Assembly (NCBI RefSeq): GCF_004010195.1
Contig: NC_057752.1
Location: 15,833,348-15,897,347 of the forward strand
DNA length: 64,000 nucleotides
Reading direction: 5' to 3'
Origin: Chiloscyllium plagiosum
Taxonomy: Eukaryota
The notes beneath the pieces were generated by a model. The model had not been told where the DNA came from. It was given only the letters and a program-made list of their open reading frames with translations, and ran no database searches. The position numbers were made by a program, and so were the translations under genes. Positions 41,020-52,762 of the stretch are shown in pieces (the first letter of the stretch is position 1; every line of letters begins with the position of its first letter).

Positions 41020-44000
41020 TTTTTTAAAATATATTTTTATTGAAAAAAAAGTTTTTAAAAATATTACAACAAATATAAAACAATGCAATTCAAAACAATA
41101 CAAAGAAAAGAACAGAAAAAACCCAACCTGCCCTCATGTACAAATAAATAATATATGTAGAAAAATATATAATAAAAAACTCAACTAATTATTTAACTGA
41201 ATAAATAATAACTAACAACAAACTAATAGATAGTAATAACTCAATGCAACCAAACAAGACACTCATACATTCGCAGTTCCTTCTCCTTGGATATTGGACT
41301 CGTAAAACACAATAGTTATGCTTATATAAAAGTCCTTGTTAGTGTGGTAGGTAAATCTGTGCCCAGGTATTTCAAAAAGGGCTGCCATGTCTTATAAAAA
41401 CTCTCAGTTTTGTGGTGTACCATATTTGTGAGAAAATCATGGGGAATATGCTCTATAACAATCTTCTGCAAACCCGACAGGCTCAGGAGGTTTTCGGGTA
41501 TCCAACATAGAACATAGAACATAGAACATAGAACATAGAACCAGGCCCTTCGGCCCAAGATGTTGTGCCGAACATTTGTCCTAGCTTAAGCACCCATCCA
41601 TGTACCTATCCAATTGCCACTTAAAGTTCGCCAATGATTCTGACTCTGCCACTCCCACAGGCAGCGCATTCCATGCCCCCACCACTCTCTGGGTAAAGAA
41701 CCCACCCCTGACATCTCCCCTATACCTTCCACCCTTCACCGTAAATTTATGTCCCCTTGTAACACTCGGTTGTGCCCGGGGAAAAAGTTTCTGACTGTCT
41801 ACTCTACCTATTCCTCTGATCATCTTATAAACCTCTATCAAGTCACCCCTCATCCTTCGCCATTCCAATGAGAAAAGGCCTAGCACTCTCAACCTATCCT
41901 CGTACGACCTATTCTCCATTCCAGGCAACATCCTGGTAAATCTTCTCTGCAACCTCTCCAAAGCTCCCACATCTTTCCTAAAGTGAGGCNNNNNNNNNNN
42001 NNNNNNNNNNNNNNNNNNNNNNNNNNNNNNNNNNNNNNNNNNNNNNNNNNNNNNNNNNNNNNNNNNNNNNNNNNNNNNNNNNNNNNNNNNNNNNNNNNNN
42101 NNNNNNNNNNNNNNNNNNNTGCAGCCGACAACAGCCCTCCTCATTATCCACAACTCCACCAATCTTCGTATTATCTGCAAATTTACTGACCCACCCTTCG
42201 ACTCCCTCATCTAAGTCATTAATAAAAATTACAAACAGCAGAGGACCCAGAACTGATCCCTGCGGAATTCCACTTGTAACTGGGCTCCAGGCTAAATATT
42301 TACCATCTACCACCACTCTCTGACTTCGACCGGTTAGCCAGTTTTCTATCCAACTAGCCAAATTTCCCTCTATCCCATGCCTCCTGACTTTCCGCATAAG
42401 CCTACCATGGGGAACCTTATCAAATGCCTTACTAAAATCCATGTATACTACATCCACTGCTCTACCCTCATCCACATGCTTGGTCACCTCCTCAAAGAAT
42501 TCAATAAGACTTGTAAGGCAAGACCTACCCTTCACAAATCCGTGCTGGCTGTCCCTAGCAAGATATTCTTTCTTGTTTTGTTGAAAAGTTTTTTTATGCG
42601 CATCTGCAGGGAACGCACTGGGCAGGCCAAGAAGAAGAGAGATCGGGTCCTTCTCCACCCCTACACCCAAAATCCTCTCCATTGCACCCGCCACAGCACT
42701 CCAGTATGTTTGAAGCCTAGCACAGGACCAGAGACAATGGGTAAGAGTGCCCGTGCAGGTCTTGCACTTGGGACATGTTGAAGATATCCCTGGTTTAAAT
42801 TTTGACAAACAGTCCAGAGCCAAATGGACCTTACAGAGGATCTTCAACTGTAAAGCATAGATCCTATTGTAAATTGATAAGTTCTTGCATTTTCCAAAAT
42901 ATCTTCCCACGCCTCTGAGGAGACCTCAATGCCTAGCTCTCTCTCCCACCCCCTGCAGAGTTAATCAAACTCATCTGAGGGGACACCCCCCCAATTGACG
43001 ATATAAAGTGCTGACAGAAAGTGTACTCTTAGCACTGAGCATCTTCCCCTCTAGGTCAGATTTGTAGGGATCAGTCAAAAGTGTAGGTTTTTTTTGAATA
43101 AAATCCCTGACTTGAAAAAAATGAAAGTGGTCCCTGTTAGCTAGTGCATATTTCCATGCTAACTGATCAAAGGACATCATTGCATCTCCCTCAAATAAAT
43201 CGTCCATGCAAGACACATCCCTAGCAGCCCAATGTTTGAATCCTGAATCTATCATCCTTGGTTGAAAAGCTAGCATGCCCACTGTAGGTGTAAAAGAAGA
43301 TATTTTGCCAATATTGCCTTCCCTCTGCCAAATTGCCCTCCATGCTTTAATAGTATTGATAACTATTGGGTTCCCTAATTGTCCTCATTTTTTTCAAAAA
43401 CAGCAAGCTAGTAAGATGACACCTAGCCTGGGAGGGTTCGATATCTAACCATATTGAATGAGGGTCCCCACAGGCCACTCATAGGTATAGCCTCTGATAT
43501 TGCAAAATTAATCTTATACCTTGAAAAGGTGCCAAATGCACTGATGTGTTGTGTGAGGCAAGGCACCGAAACTGTTGGGTTTGACAAAAACATTAGGACA
43601 TCATCTGCTTACAACAAAATCTTATGTAATTTTGACCCCACTTCTGAAGCTGATATATTGGGATCCCTATGAATGACCTCCACCAATGGTTCAATCCCCA
43701 ATGTAAAAAGCAGTGGCGAAAGGGGACAGCCCTGCCGACTGCCCCTAAAAATGTAAAAATTGCTTGATCACACCCCACTGGTGATGACCGCAGCGAGAGG
43801 GTCTCTCTAGAGATTCTTTACTCATCTTATAAAGACTTCGCTCCAGAGTATAGAAAAGGTATGGCCACTCAACTCGGTCAAATGCCTTCTCTGTATCTAG
43901 AGAAATCACTCATCCCTGTATTGACTGTTGTTGATATGCTTGAATTATGTTAAGCATCCTCCTAACATCTGTGGCCCTTTATGAAGTCCGTCTGGTCCTC

Positions 44001-44770
44001 TTTAACAATAGAAGGTAACATCGTCTCCAGCCTTAACACAAGAGTCTTCAAGAGGATTTAAAGTCCATATTTAAGAGTGAAATGGGCCCTGTATGAAACA
44101 CAGTCCTCTGGGACCATCCCTTTTTTAAGAGTAAATGAAATATTGGCCTCTCTCAGAGATGGCGGGAGAAAATCATGACTGTATGAGTCATTAAACATGT
44201 TGAGCATCGGGCCTGACAGTATGTTTATAAATTCCTCATAGAATTCACTGGCAAGTCCATCAGGATTGGGTGCCGTTCCACTCTGAAGGTGCTTCATAGA
44301 CTCCTGCACTTCTTGCATACGGGAACATTGAAAAAAGACTCTTTGCGTGGGGTCATGTCTGGGAGTCCAGATCCTTAAAAAAAGACTCCAATTTGGCCCG
44401 CCCCTCCTCACAACCCTCAGATTGGTATAACAGAGTAAAATCCCTGGAATGCCACATTAATCTATTTGGAGTTGCATGTTAGGTTCCCAGACCCTTCTCT
44501 AATTGCTATACTGGCTTGAGGGGCACTCATTTTCCTGGCAAGATATGCTAAGTCTTTGCCTGGCCTGTCACCATGGTCATAAAAGCTTTCCTTTGCAAAA
44601 GTAAGCTCCTTCTTTACTGTCTGTGTGGAATTCAATGCAGACCGCAGCATTATAATCCTCTGTACCGTGACCAACGAGGGCCTGTCAACGTAAGCCTTTT
44701 TGGCTGTCTTCAACTGTACTTTGAGGAGAGGTTGCTGATAACCCTTCTGCCACTTCGTCTGGTAGAGTAG
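41020..44770 (-). mobile_element. Second L1-clade LINE, ORF2 portion only, interrupted by a CR1
   Basis: Fragments parallel the first L1 ([52 protein letters not shown]). A-rich 3' end near 41020; the 5' side stops at telomere-like repeats. Confidence 0.88.
41505..42560 (-). mobile_element. Young CR1 3' portion inserted in the second L1 (spans a 130-N gap)
   Basis: Uninterrupted RT frame [13 protein letters not shown]...[21 protein letters not shown]...SKFADNTK; (CATAGAA)n tail at 41505-41540. Confidence 0.9.
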
Positions 44771-44774
44771 GATA

Positions 44775-44907
44775 AAAGTAAGGGTTAGGATTATGATTAG
44801 GGTTAGGATTGGGTTAGGGTGAGGGTTAGGGAGGCCCGTGCGATAGGGTCAGGGTTAGGATTAGAGTTTAGGGGTGAGGGTTAGGGTTAGCATTAGGATT
44901 AGGGATA
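44775..44907 (+). repeat. Degenerate (TTAGGG)n-like tract running into a gap
   Basis: TTAGGG, TGAGGG, TCAGGG and TTAGGA variants. Confidence 0.75.
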
Positions 44908-45407
44908 NNNNNNNNNNNNNNNNNNNNNNNNNNNNNNNNNNNNNNNNNNNNNNNNNNNNNNNNNNNNNNNNNNNNNNNNNNNNNNNNNNNNNNNNNNNNN
45001 NNNNNNNNNNNNNNNNNNNNNNNNNNNNNNNNNNNNNNNNNNNNNNNNNNNNNNNNNNNNNNNNNNNNNNNNNNNNNNNNNNNNNNNNNNNNNNNNNNNN
45101 NNNNNNNNNNNNNNNNNNNNNNNNNNNNNNNNNNNNNNNNNNNNNNNNNNNNNNNNNNNNNNNNNNNNNNNNNNNNNNNNNNNNNNNNNNNNNNNNNNNN
45201 NNNNNNNNNNNNNNNNNNNNNNNNNNNNNNNNNNNNNNNNNNNNNNNNNNNNNNNNNNNNNNNNNNNNNNNNNNNNNNNNNNNNNNNNNNNNNNNNNNNN
45301 NNNNNNNNNNNNNNNNNNNNNNNNNNNNNNNNNNNNNNNNNNNNNNNNNNNNNNNNNNNNNNNNNNNNNNNNNNNNNNNNNNNNNNNNNNNNNNNNNNNN
45401 NNNNNNN
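44908..45407. other. Assembly gap of exactly 500 N, probably a fixed-size scaffolding spacer
   Basis: Round length and unrelated flanks. The other gaps (12701-13127, 35808-36248, 41990-42119) have irregular sizes and sit inside single repeats. Confidence 0.85.
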
Positions 45408-45589
45408 GTATGGAATGCTTTGCCTGCAACAATAGTAGGTTCGCCATCTTTAAGTACATTTAAGTCGTCATTGGACAAGCATATGGACGTACATGGAATA
45501 GTGTAGGTTAGATGGGCTTCAGATTGGTATGACAGTTCGGCGCAACATCAAGGGCCAAAGGCCTGTACTGCGCTGTAATGTTCTATATG

Positions 45590-45880
45590 ACCGCGGTAGC
45601 CAGGGGAAGGAGATGTGACTGTGGTAGCGAGGGGAAGGAGATGTGGCTGTGGTAGCGAGGGGACGGAGATGTGACTGTGGTAGCGAGGGGACGGAGATGT
45701 GACTGTGGTAGCGAGGGGACGGAGATGTGACTGTGGTAGCCAGGGGACGGAAATGTGACTGTGGTAGCCAGGGGACGGAAATGTGACTGTGGTAGTGTGG
45801 GGAAGGAGATGTGACTGTGGTAGCGAGGGGACGGAGATGTGACTGTGGTAGCAAGAGGATGGAGATGTGACTGTTGTAGG
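45590..45880 (+). repeat. 28-bp minisatellite, about 10 copies
   Basis: Unit GGAGATGTGACTGTGGTAGCGAGGGGAC; period confirmed at 45609 and 45637. Confidence 0.9.
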
Positions 45881-46019
45881 GAGGGGATGAAGAGCTTATG
45901 CCCAAAACGTCGATCCTTCTGCTCCTCGAATGCTGCCTGACCGGCTGTGCTTTTCCAGCATCAAACTCTCCTACACAGAATAGATGCATTCCAACAAGAA
46001 AGATGCCAATGGGAGGAAC

Positions 46020-46560
46020 CCAATATTGCGTGCAATTCTGGTCTCCTTCCTATAGAAAAGATGTTGTGAAACCTGAAATGGTTCAACAAAGATTTACAAG
46101 GATGTTGCCAGGGTTGAAGGATTTGAGCTATAGGGAGAGACTGAATAGGCTCGGGCTGCTTTGCTTGGAGCGTCAGAGACTGAGGGGTGACCTTATAGAG
46201 GTTTACAAAATCATGAGGGACATAGGGTAAATAAACATGTTATTTTCCATGGGATGGGGTGTCCAAAACTAGAGGGCACAGGTTTAGCGTGAGAGGGGAA
46301 ACATTTAAAAGGGACCCAAGGGCAACGTTTTACACAAAAGGTGGTGCATGAATAGAATGAGCTGCCAGAGGATGTGACGGAGGCTAGTACAGTTACAGCA
46401 TTTAAAAGGCATTTGGATGGGTATATGAATAGGAAGTGTTTGGAGGGATATGGGCCGGGCGCTGGCAGGTGGGACTAGATTAAATTAGGATATCTGGTCA
46501 GCATGGACGGGTTGGGCCGAAGGGTCTGTTTCTGTGCTGTACATCTCTATGACTCTATAA
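46020..46560 (+). mobile_element. CR1/HER1-type LINE 3' end
   Basis: YCVQFWSP...RLRGDLIEVYKIM and the same 3' tail as 36250-36428. Further decayed CR1 pieces continue to ~48540. Confidence 0.85.
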
Positions 46561-48879
46561 CCCATCATCCATGATCAACTCAAAATGTTAAAATATAAAC
46601 TGGCTGGGAGTCAGAAGATTGGACAAATTTTTTTAAAGGAAAGAATGTCTCAAAGGCCGGTGTGGAAAGGAAAAGGAGTATTGTAAAAGCTGAATCAAGG
46701 AAACCCCAGCTTCTACAGCCATTTAAAACAAAAGGAAAAAATAATTTAAAAGTGAGTATTGATCCAATAAAAAATGAACCTGAAAAGTAAGGAATGAAAA
46801 GCAAATGAATTGAACTGATATTTTGGGTCAGCTTTCAACATACATGATATAAGTAACATCCCAGAAATTGAAAAGGAGGGCAATAAGACTATAAGATACA
46901 GGAGCAGAATTAGGCCATTTAGAGTCATCGAGATGTACAGCACTGAAAAAGACGCTTTGATCCATGTCAATCAGATATCCTTAAATTAATCATAGAATCC
47001 CTATAGTGTGGAAACAGGCCATTCGACCCTATCGAGTCTACACTGACCCTCCGAAAAGCATCTCATCCAGACCTCTTGCCCTCACCCCCCCGCTTCCCCC
47101 CCCACCCTGACCATATTCCCTGTGACTAACCCACTTCCTTGCATATCCCTGGACAATATATGCAATTTAGTATGGCCAATCTTTCTAACCTGCACATCCT
47201 AGGACTGTGGAAGAAAATTTGCTAGCACTTGGCCCATATCTCTCTCAAGTCTTCCTATTCATTTGGCTCAGAGAATCCTCACGCACAAATCACAAAACAG
47301 TAGTATCCAAGTCCAGCAAGGAATTAGGGAAGGTAATAGAATGTTATTTATTGAAAGTTGGATGAAATACAGAAATAGAGAGGGTATGTTCCAGCTATAG
47401 AGGGCACTGTTGAGACTATGTCTGGCGTACTGTGGACGATCTGGACTAACATGACTGGTCACCTTACAAAGGTATGGATATAAACATGTTACAGGCTCTT
47501 CAGAGAAGGTTGATTGAAGTAATATGTGAAATGGGGAGGGTGGATTCTTATGAGGAAAAATTGCAGAAATGGAATATAATGTGGAGAAATGTGAGGTTAT
47601 GCACTTTGGGAGGAAGAATAGAAGAGCCAAATATTATTTAAATAAAGACAGACTGTAAAAATCCCTAAAGAACAGGGATTTGGAATCACTAGTATGAATC
47701 ACAAAAAGAATCATCCAAGATTAGTTGGCAATAAGGAAAGCAAATGGAACATTGCAGAAAGTGAGGACTACAGATGGTGTAGATCAGAGTCAAAGAGTGT
47801 GGTGATGGGAAAGCGCAGCTGGTCAGGCAGCATCCAAGGAGCAGGAGAATCGACGTTTCAGGCACAAGCCCGAAAGTCAATTCTCCTACTCCTTGGATGC
47901 TGCCTGACCGGCTGCGCTTTTCCATCACCACACTCTTTGAAATGGAATGTTAGCCTTTATTTCAAAAGGAATGGCACATAAGAATGGTGAGGTTCTGCTA
48001 AACTATGCAACTATTTAGAATGCACCTGGATTACTGAGATCAGTTCTGGGCCTCTTATTTAAGAAAAGATACACTGGCATTGGAGATAGTCCAGAGGAGG
48101 ATCACTAGGGCTGATCTCAGGTATGGAGAGACCATCTTACAAGGAGAGGTTGAGTAGAGTAGTCTGTATTAATTGGAGTTTAGAAAAACAAGAGGCAATC
48201 TTATTGAACTTACAAGGTTCTTAGGTTGGAATTGGGAAGGCTGTTTGCCGTTGTGAGAGAGTCTAGGAGTCTATAATCTTGGAGTAAGAAGATGCCTATG
48301 TAAAACAGAGATGAGGAGGAATTCCTTCTCTCAGACGGTAGCAAATCTGTGGGATTCTTTATGACAATAGACTGTCACGGTTGGGTTATTAAGCATATTC
48401 AAGGCTGAGAGACAGATTTTTAATCAGTAAGGGAATCAATAGTTATGGGAAATGCAGGAAAATGGAATTGAGGTTTATCAGGTTAGCAATGATCTCAATA
48501 GTGGAGCAGACGTGGAGTTTAAAAGGTGACTCGATTGAAACATACAAATCTTTACATGATCAGTCTACATACAACTCCAGACCCACAGCAAAGTGGTTGA
48601 CTCTTTAATTGCCCGATGAAAGCTATTTTGTCCAATGTATTTGTGCCAGCTCTCTGCAGGATTGAATCACCTAGTAATGTCTTTTCCACATCACAGCTCC
48701 CACATAAAAAGTTGCTGGCCAATTACCAGTTACCTTTAACTTTCTATCAAGTGATCACATGTCTGCATAGTTAAAAACAATTAAAAATCTAAATGAAGCC
48801 CCCACACAAGACAGACATTTAGGATTGGCAGCAAAATCTCAATGCTTTTTTAACAAAAAACAATCACATTTGAGGTAAA

Positions 48880-49655
48880 GTTAAAAATCACACAATACCA
48901 GGTTATAGTCCAATAGGTTTATTTGGAAGCACTAGCTTTCAGAGTCCTGCTCCTTCATCAGGTATCTAGCATGGCAGGATCATAAGACATAAGAATTTAT
49001 AGCAAAAGATCACAATGTCATGCAATTAAAACGACATATTGAACAAACCTAGATTGTTGTTAAGTCTTTCATTTTTAAAAATGGGTTGCAGGTTTTGGTT
49101 CATTAATATGTAAATCACATTCTCAAGATAACTTAAGATTTTATATAAAAAAAGGTGACACCTCAGTTCAGACAATGTATTAAAGGGGTGAGGTTAGAGT
49201 TTGTCTATATTCCATCTTGAGTCAGACTGATTCTGTTTCCGAAGTAGGAATTTATAAAATGTTATATGGATTAACTGCCTGCAGGTTGTGTGCTTTTTGA
49301 GCAAAAATAAAATGTATCTACAAATACAATTCTGCAAATGCAAATTCACCCGATAGACTTATGTGTGTGCTTGTGAGGGCGAGAGAGAGAAGGTGTGAGT
49401 GTGTATGTTTGCATATGTGAATGCTTGATAGAGTGTGTGCATGAGTGTGAGAGTATAAGTCTGTGAGAGGGTGTGTGCATGGATCACACTGTGATCTTTT
49501 GTTATAAATTGTGTTTTAAGATCCTGCCCCAATAGTTGCCTGATGAAGGAGCAGCACTCTGAAAGCTAGTACTTTCAAATAAACCTGTTGGACTATAACC
49601 TGGTGTTGTGTGATTTTTAACTTAGTCCACCCCAGTTCAACACTGGCACCTCCTC
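48880..49655. mobile_element. Non-coding derivative of the second PLE family with inverted termini
   Basis: The left ~600 bp is the reverse complement of ~40500-40980 (including the TG-rich tract). The right ~170 bp repeats the terminal segment on +. Confidence 0.8.
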
Positions 49656-50339
49656 ATTTGAGGTAGTTCACTTGATTGGGAGTAGAGGATTGTGGGCCAA
49701 TGGTCCCTCTAGGATGTGCAACCACTGGGAGGTTCCTTACAAGCTGATTAATGTGTCACACATTGGCTTCTGTTTGCATATGCCATTATTATGGTGGAAA
49801 GGTATTGTAGTAGTGAGTGGGGAGGGTATGGGGTAGGGAGCAAGGGGTAGATGGGGGCACGGAGTGGGGTCTTTTTTCGATTAACAGTGGGACAAGCTGG
49901 GTCCATTATCACTTGAGAGTTTGCAATCACAAGAGGTCATTTTATTGAACCATACAAGATCCTGAAGGGATTTGATAGGTTGAACACAGAGGATGTGGAG
50001 GGGCCAGCACTAGGCAATGCAGTTTAACAATAAGACAAAGTGAAAATAAATTGTTTCTTTGAGTCTTTGAAACTCTCTCCTCTAGAAAGTGGAGGCAGAT
50101 TCATCAATTTTTTTTAAGAAAGAGATATCTAGGCACTTGACCAATAAGACAGTTAAAGGGTATTAGAGATTGGGCAGGACAAACATGACTTTGTCAAATG
50201 CTAGGGCAGGCCTGAGGGGCCGAACAACTTATTCCAGCATCTGCAGTCATTGTTTTTACCTAGCTTATTTTTCTGCCAATTCATATATTCACATAATGTA
50301 AAGAATGAGAAGTTTGGTTCCTCTGAGGGTACACATTAC

Positions 50340-50593
50340 CTGCTGACTGGTCAGTCCTATTGCATTTCCCAGTTCTTGTTGCTGGGAAGCAGTGAGATAC
50401 CGCTGCAGCTGGAAACGTTGTTGGAGAACCCGCAGCTGCTCAGCACTGAAGATTGTCCGACCTTTGTATTTCTTTGATATGGATTCCTCAGTCAATTCTC
50501 TCTCTTCTACAGAATCTAACCAGGAGTCTCCATGGGCCTTGAGCCTTTCCAAATTATCCTGGGAATCTGCCTCAGATAGGGTGGTGTTGGAGG
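50340..50593 (-). CDS. Homeobox exon (helices 1-2) of an ANTP/NK-like homeobox gene, NANOG-like
   Basis: Acceptor tttatctttgttgattgcag|CC (phase 1); donor CAG CAG|gtaatg (phase 0). Encodes ...KYKGRTIFSAEQLRVLQQRFQLQRYLTASQQQELGNAIGLTSQQ with homeodomain landmarks R5, F8, Q12, L13, L16, F20, Y25, L26, L34, L40. The intron falls after residue 44, the position known in NANOG, DLX and related genes. Confidence 0.88.
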
Positions 50594-50774
50594 CTGCAAT
50601 CAACAAAGATAAACTCTTTGAAAACTGTTTCTAAATTGTAGCAGAGAACACACCTTCAAAATTAAATGCAAGGTTCTTTCCCATCTGCTGTGAACTGTTG
50701 AGCTGCTTGTTCAACATCCATTACTGGACAAACGATAGAAAAACTATGAGCAGTAAGTTTGGAAAAGCTGCATG

Positions 50775-51740
50775 CTTCAGTGTTATAAAGCACAGAAACA
50801 GGCCCTTCGGTTCAACTCATCCATGCCAACCAAGTTTCCAAAATTGAACTAGACTGAATTGCCTGTGATTTGGTTCTGAACCCTCTAAGCCTTTCCTATT
50901 CATCTACCTATCCAAATGTATTTTAAATGTTGTCATTGTACCTGTCTCCACCACTGCCTGTGGCATATACACTCCACTCTCTGTGTGAAAAAGTTGCCAC
51001 ACAGGACCCTTTTAAATTTTACCCTCTCACCTTAAAACTATGCTCTCAACCTTCAGCTTCCTATGCTCCAGGGAAAAAAGTCTCAGTTTCTCCAGACCCT
51101 TCTTACAAGCTTCTAATCTCAGCCACATCCTTGTTAATGGTTTTTCACATCCTTTCCAATTTAATAACATCCTTCCCATAGCAGAGCGATCAGACTGTAC
51201 GCAGTACTCCACATGTGGCCATACCAATGTCTTAGGTAAAAACAATGACTGCAGATGCTGGAAACAAGATTCTGGATTACTGGTGCTGGAAGAGCACAGC
51301 AGTTCAGGCAGCATCCAAGGAGCAGTAAAATCGACATTTCGGGCAAAAGCCGAAACGTCGATTTTACTGCTCCTCAGATGCTGCCTGAACTGCTGTGCTC
51401 TTCCAGCACCACTAATCCAGAATACCAATGTCTTGTACAGCTTTAACAACTCCTGCACTCAATGCTTTGACTGATGAAGGTAAGCAGTCAGATGTCTTCT
51501 TTACCACTCTACCTTTAAAGCCACCTTCCAGGAATTATGTACCTGCACCTCTAGGTCTCTCTGTTCAATAACACTCTCTAGGGCCCTACCATTAATTGTA
51601 TATGTCCTGCTGTAGTTTGTCTTATAAAACTGCAACACCTTAGATTTATCTGAATTAAGCTCCACCTGCCATTTCTCAGCGCGCTGGCCCTAGTTGATCA
51701 AGGTCCTGTATTACTCCGAAATAACCTTCTTCACTGAGAG
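50775..51740 (-). mobile_element. CR1 3' portion in an intron of the homeobox gene, with a nested hairpin insertion
   Basis: LKLYKTLV...PHVEYCVQ remnants and a CR1-type tail. Confidence 0.75.
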
Positions 51741-52633
51741 ACTCCAACTCTCTCTCACGAGAATTATCTTGAGGATGATCCAGGCTGTTTATTATTGGGT
51801 GTCAAATGTTCATAAGCCAATTTCCTAACCCATATTCACTTCATCAACAAGTATGCCTGCAATCAGTTCCATAACATCCCCTGTCTTTGGATCTGTTTCA
51901 GTTCTTTCTCTGGCTGAAACCCTCATTCACTTGTTTCTCATGTTACCTCTACACTCGACATTTCCAATATTTTGCACAGGATATTTTGTACCATTCTATC
52001 TACCCTCTTTCCATCTGCACTCAAGCAAAATACTGCTACCCATAGCTTAGTCCATGCCAAGGCCTGTTTACACACTTTATCTCCACCAGCTGCACTTGCC
52101 AACCTAAACTGAAATCATGATTAACTTCATTCTCAGATCACAAATTTTATGCCGGGGACACAATAACAAAAGTAGGGAGATCAAAAGTGATGGCTTCTAA
52201 AATTGAGTAGCCTTACTCTCAATGTAAGGTCATTGAGCAAGGCAGGAACCTGCGACCACATTGTAGTTAGTCATTGTCCTTGGGACAGAATTGAGAAAAC
52301 TGAAGGAAGGTAGCAAAAAAACCTTGCACCTGAGTTAAAAACCTACAAGGTTATATGTCAAGTGCTGGAACATGGGATTAGAGTAGATGAATGTTCAATG
52401 ACCATTGCAGAAATAATGGGCCAAAAGGTCTCTTTCTGTTCTGTAGAAACATTTGTGACTCTAGTACTACAATCTTCAAGTTTTCAGCAGAATGGTGTTT
52501 TCAGATTTACTAGCCTTGGCCCGTGGTATCTTTCTGATCAGAGCTGCTCTCCAAAGCAGTGCAGTCCAGAATATGCAATGTGCAGAACTCAGGCTCATAA
52601 GCCCTTGCTGCATGGATTTCATATGTTCCTTAC

Positions 52634-52762
52634 CCACAGATGCAAAGGTTCCTGTCATTACTTCTTTCACCACAAAACCCATGTCACTGGTCTCAGCAAA
52701 GTCTCTTTGTACTGAAGAATATTCGTATCCATAACCTCCAACAGATCCAGGAAATGCACCAG
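52634..52762 (-). CDS. Predicted internal coding exon (129 nt, phase 1-1) of the homeobox gene
   Basis: Acceptor gtcatgttttgtgcag|CT and donor GTG G|gtaagg in non-repetitive sequence. Open frame GAFPGSVGGYGYEYSSVQRDFAETSDMGFVVKEVMTGTFASV; phases fit both neighbours. No homology support. Confidence 0.55.

Noticed and set aside
41978..42910. 310-aa ORF fusing an L1 cysteine-rich C-terminus to a CR1 RT
   Set aside because: Chance in-frame junction of a nested CR1 insertion; the ORF also runs through Ns.
45590..45880. CRISPR-like array, or the repetitive 156-aa ORF 45519..45989
   Set aside because: Head-to-tail 28-bp units with no unique spacers, in a vertebrate context; the ORF is a by-product of the repeat.
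49880..49961. Minus-strand cccttcag|GAT CTT GTA TGG TTC AAT AAA (DLVWFNK...) as the missing helix-3 exon; W-F falls at the expected register
   Set aside because: It lacks the invariant Asn51 and the basic tail, and it is the antisense of an ordinary CR1 3' remnant (ttattgaaccatacaagatcctgaaggga). Most likely coincidence.
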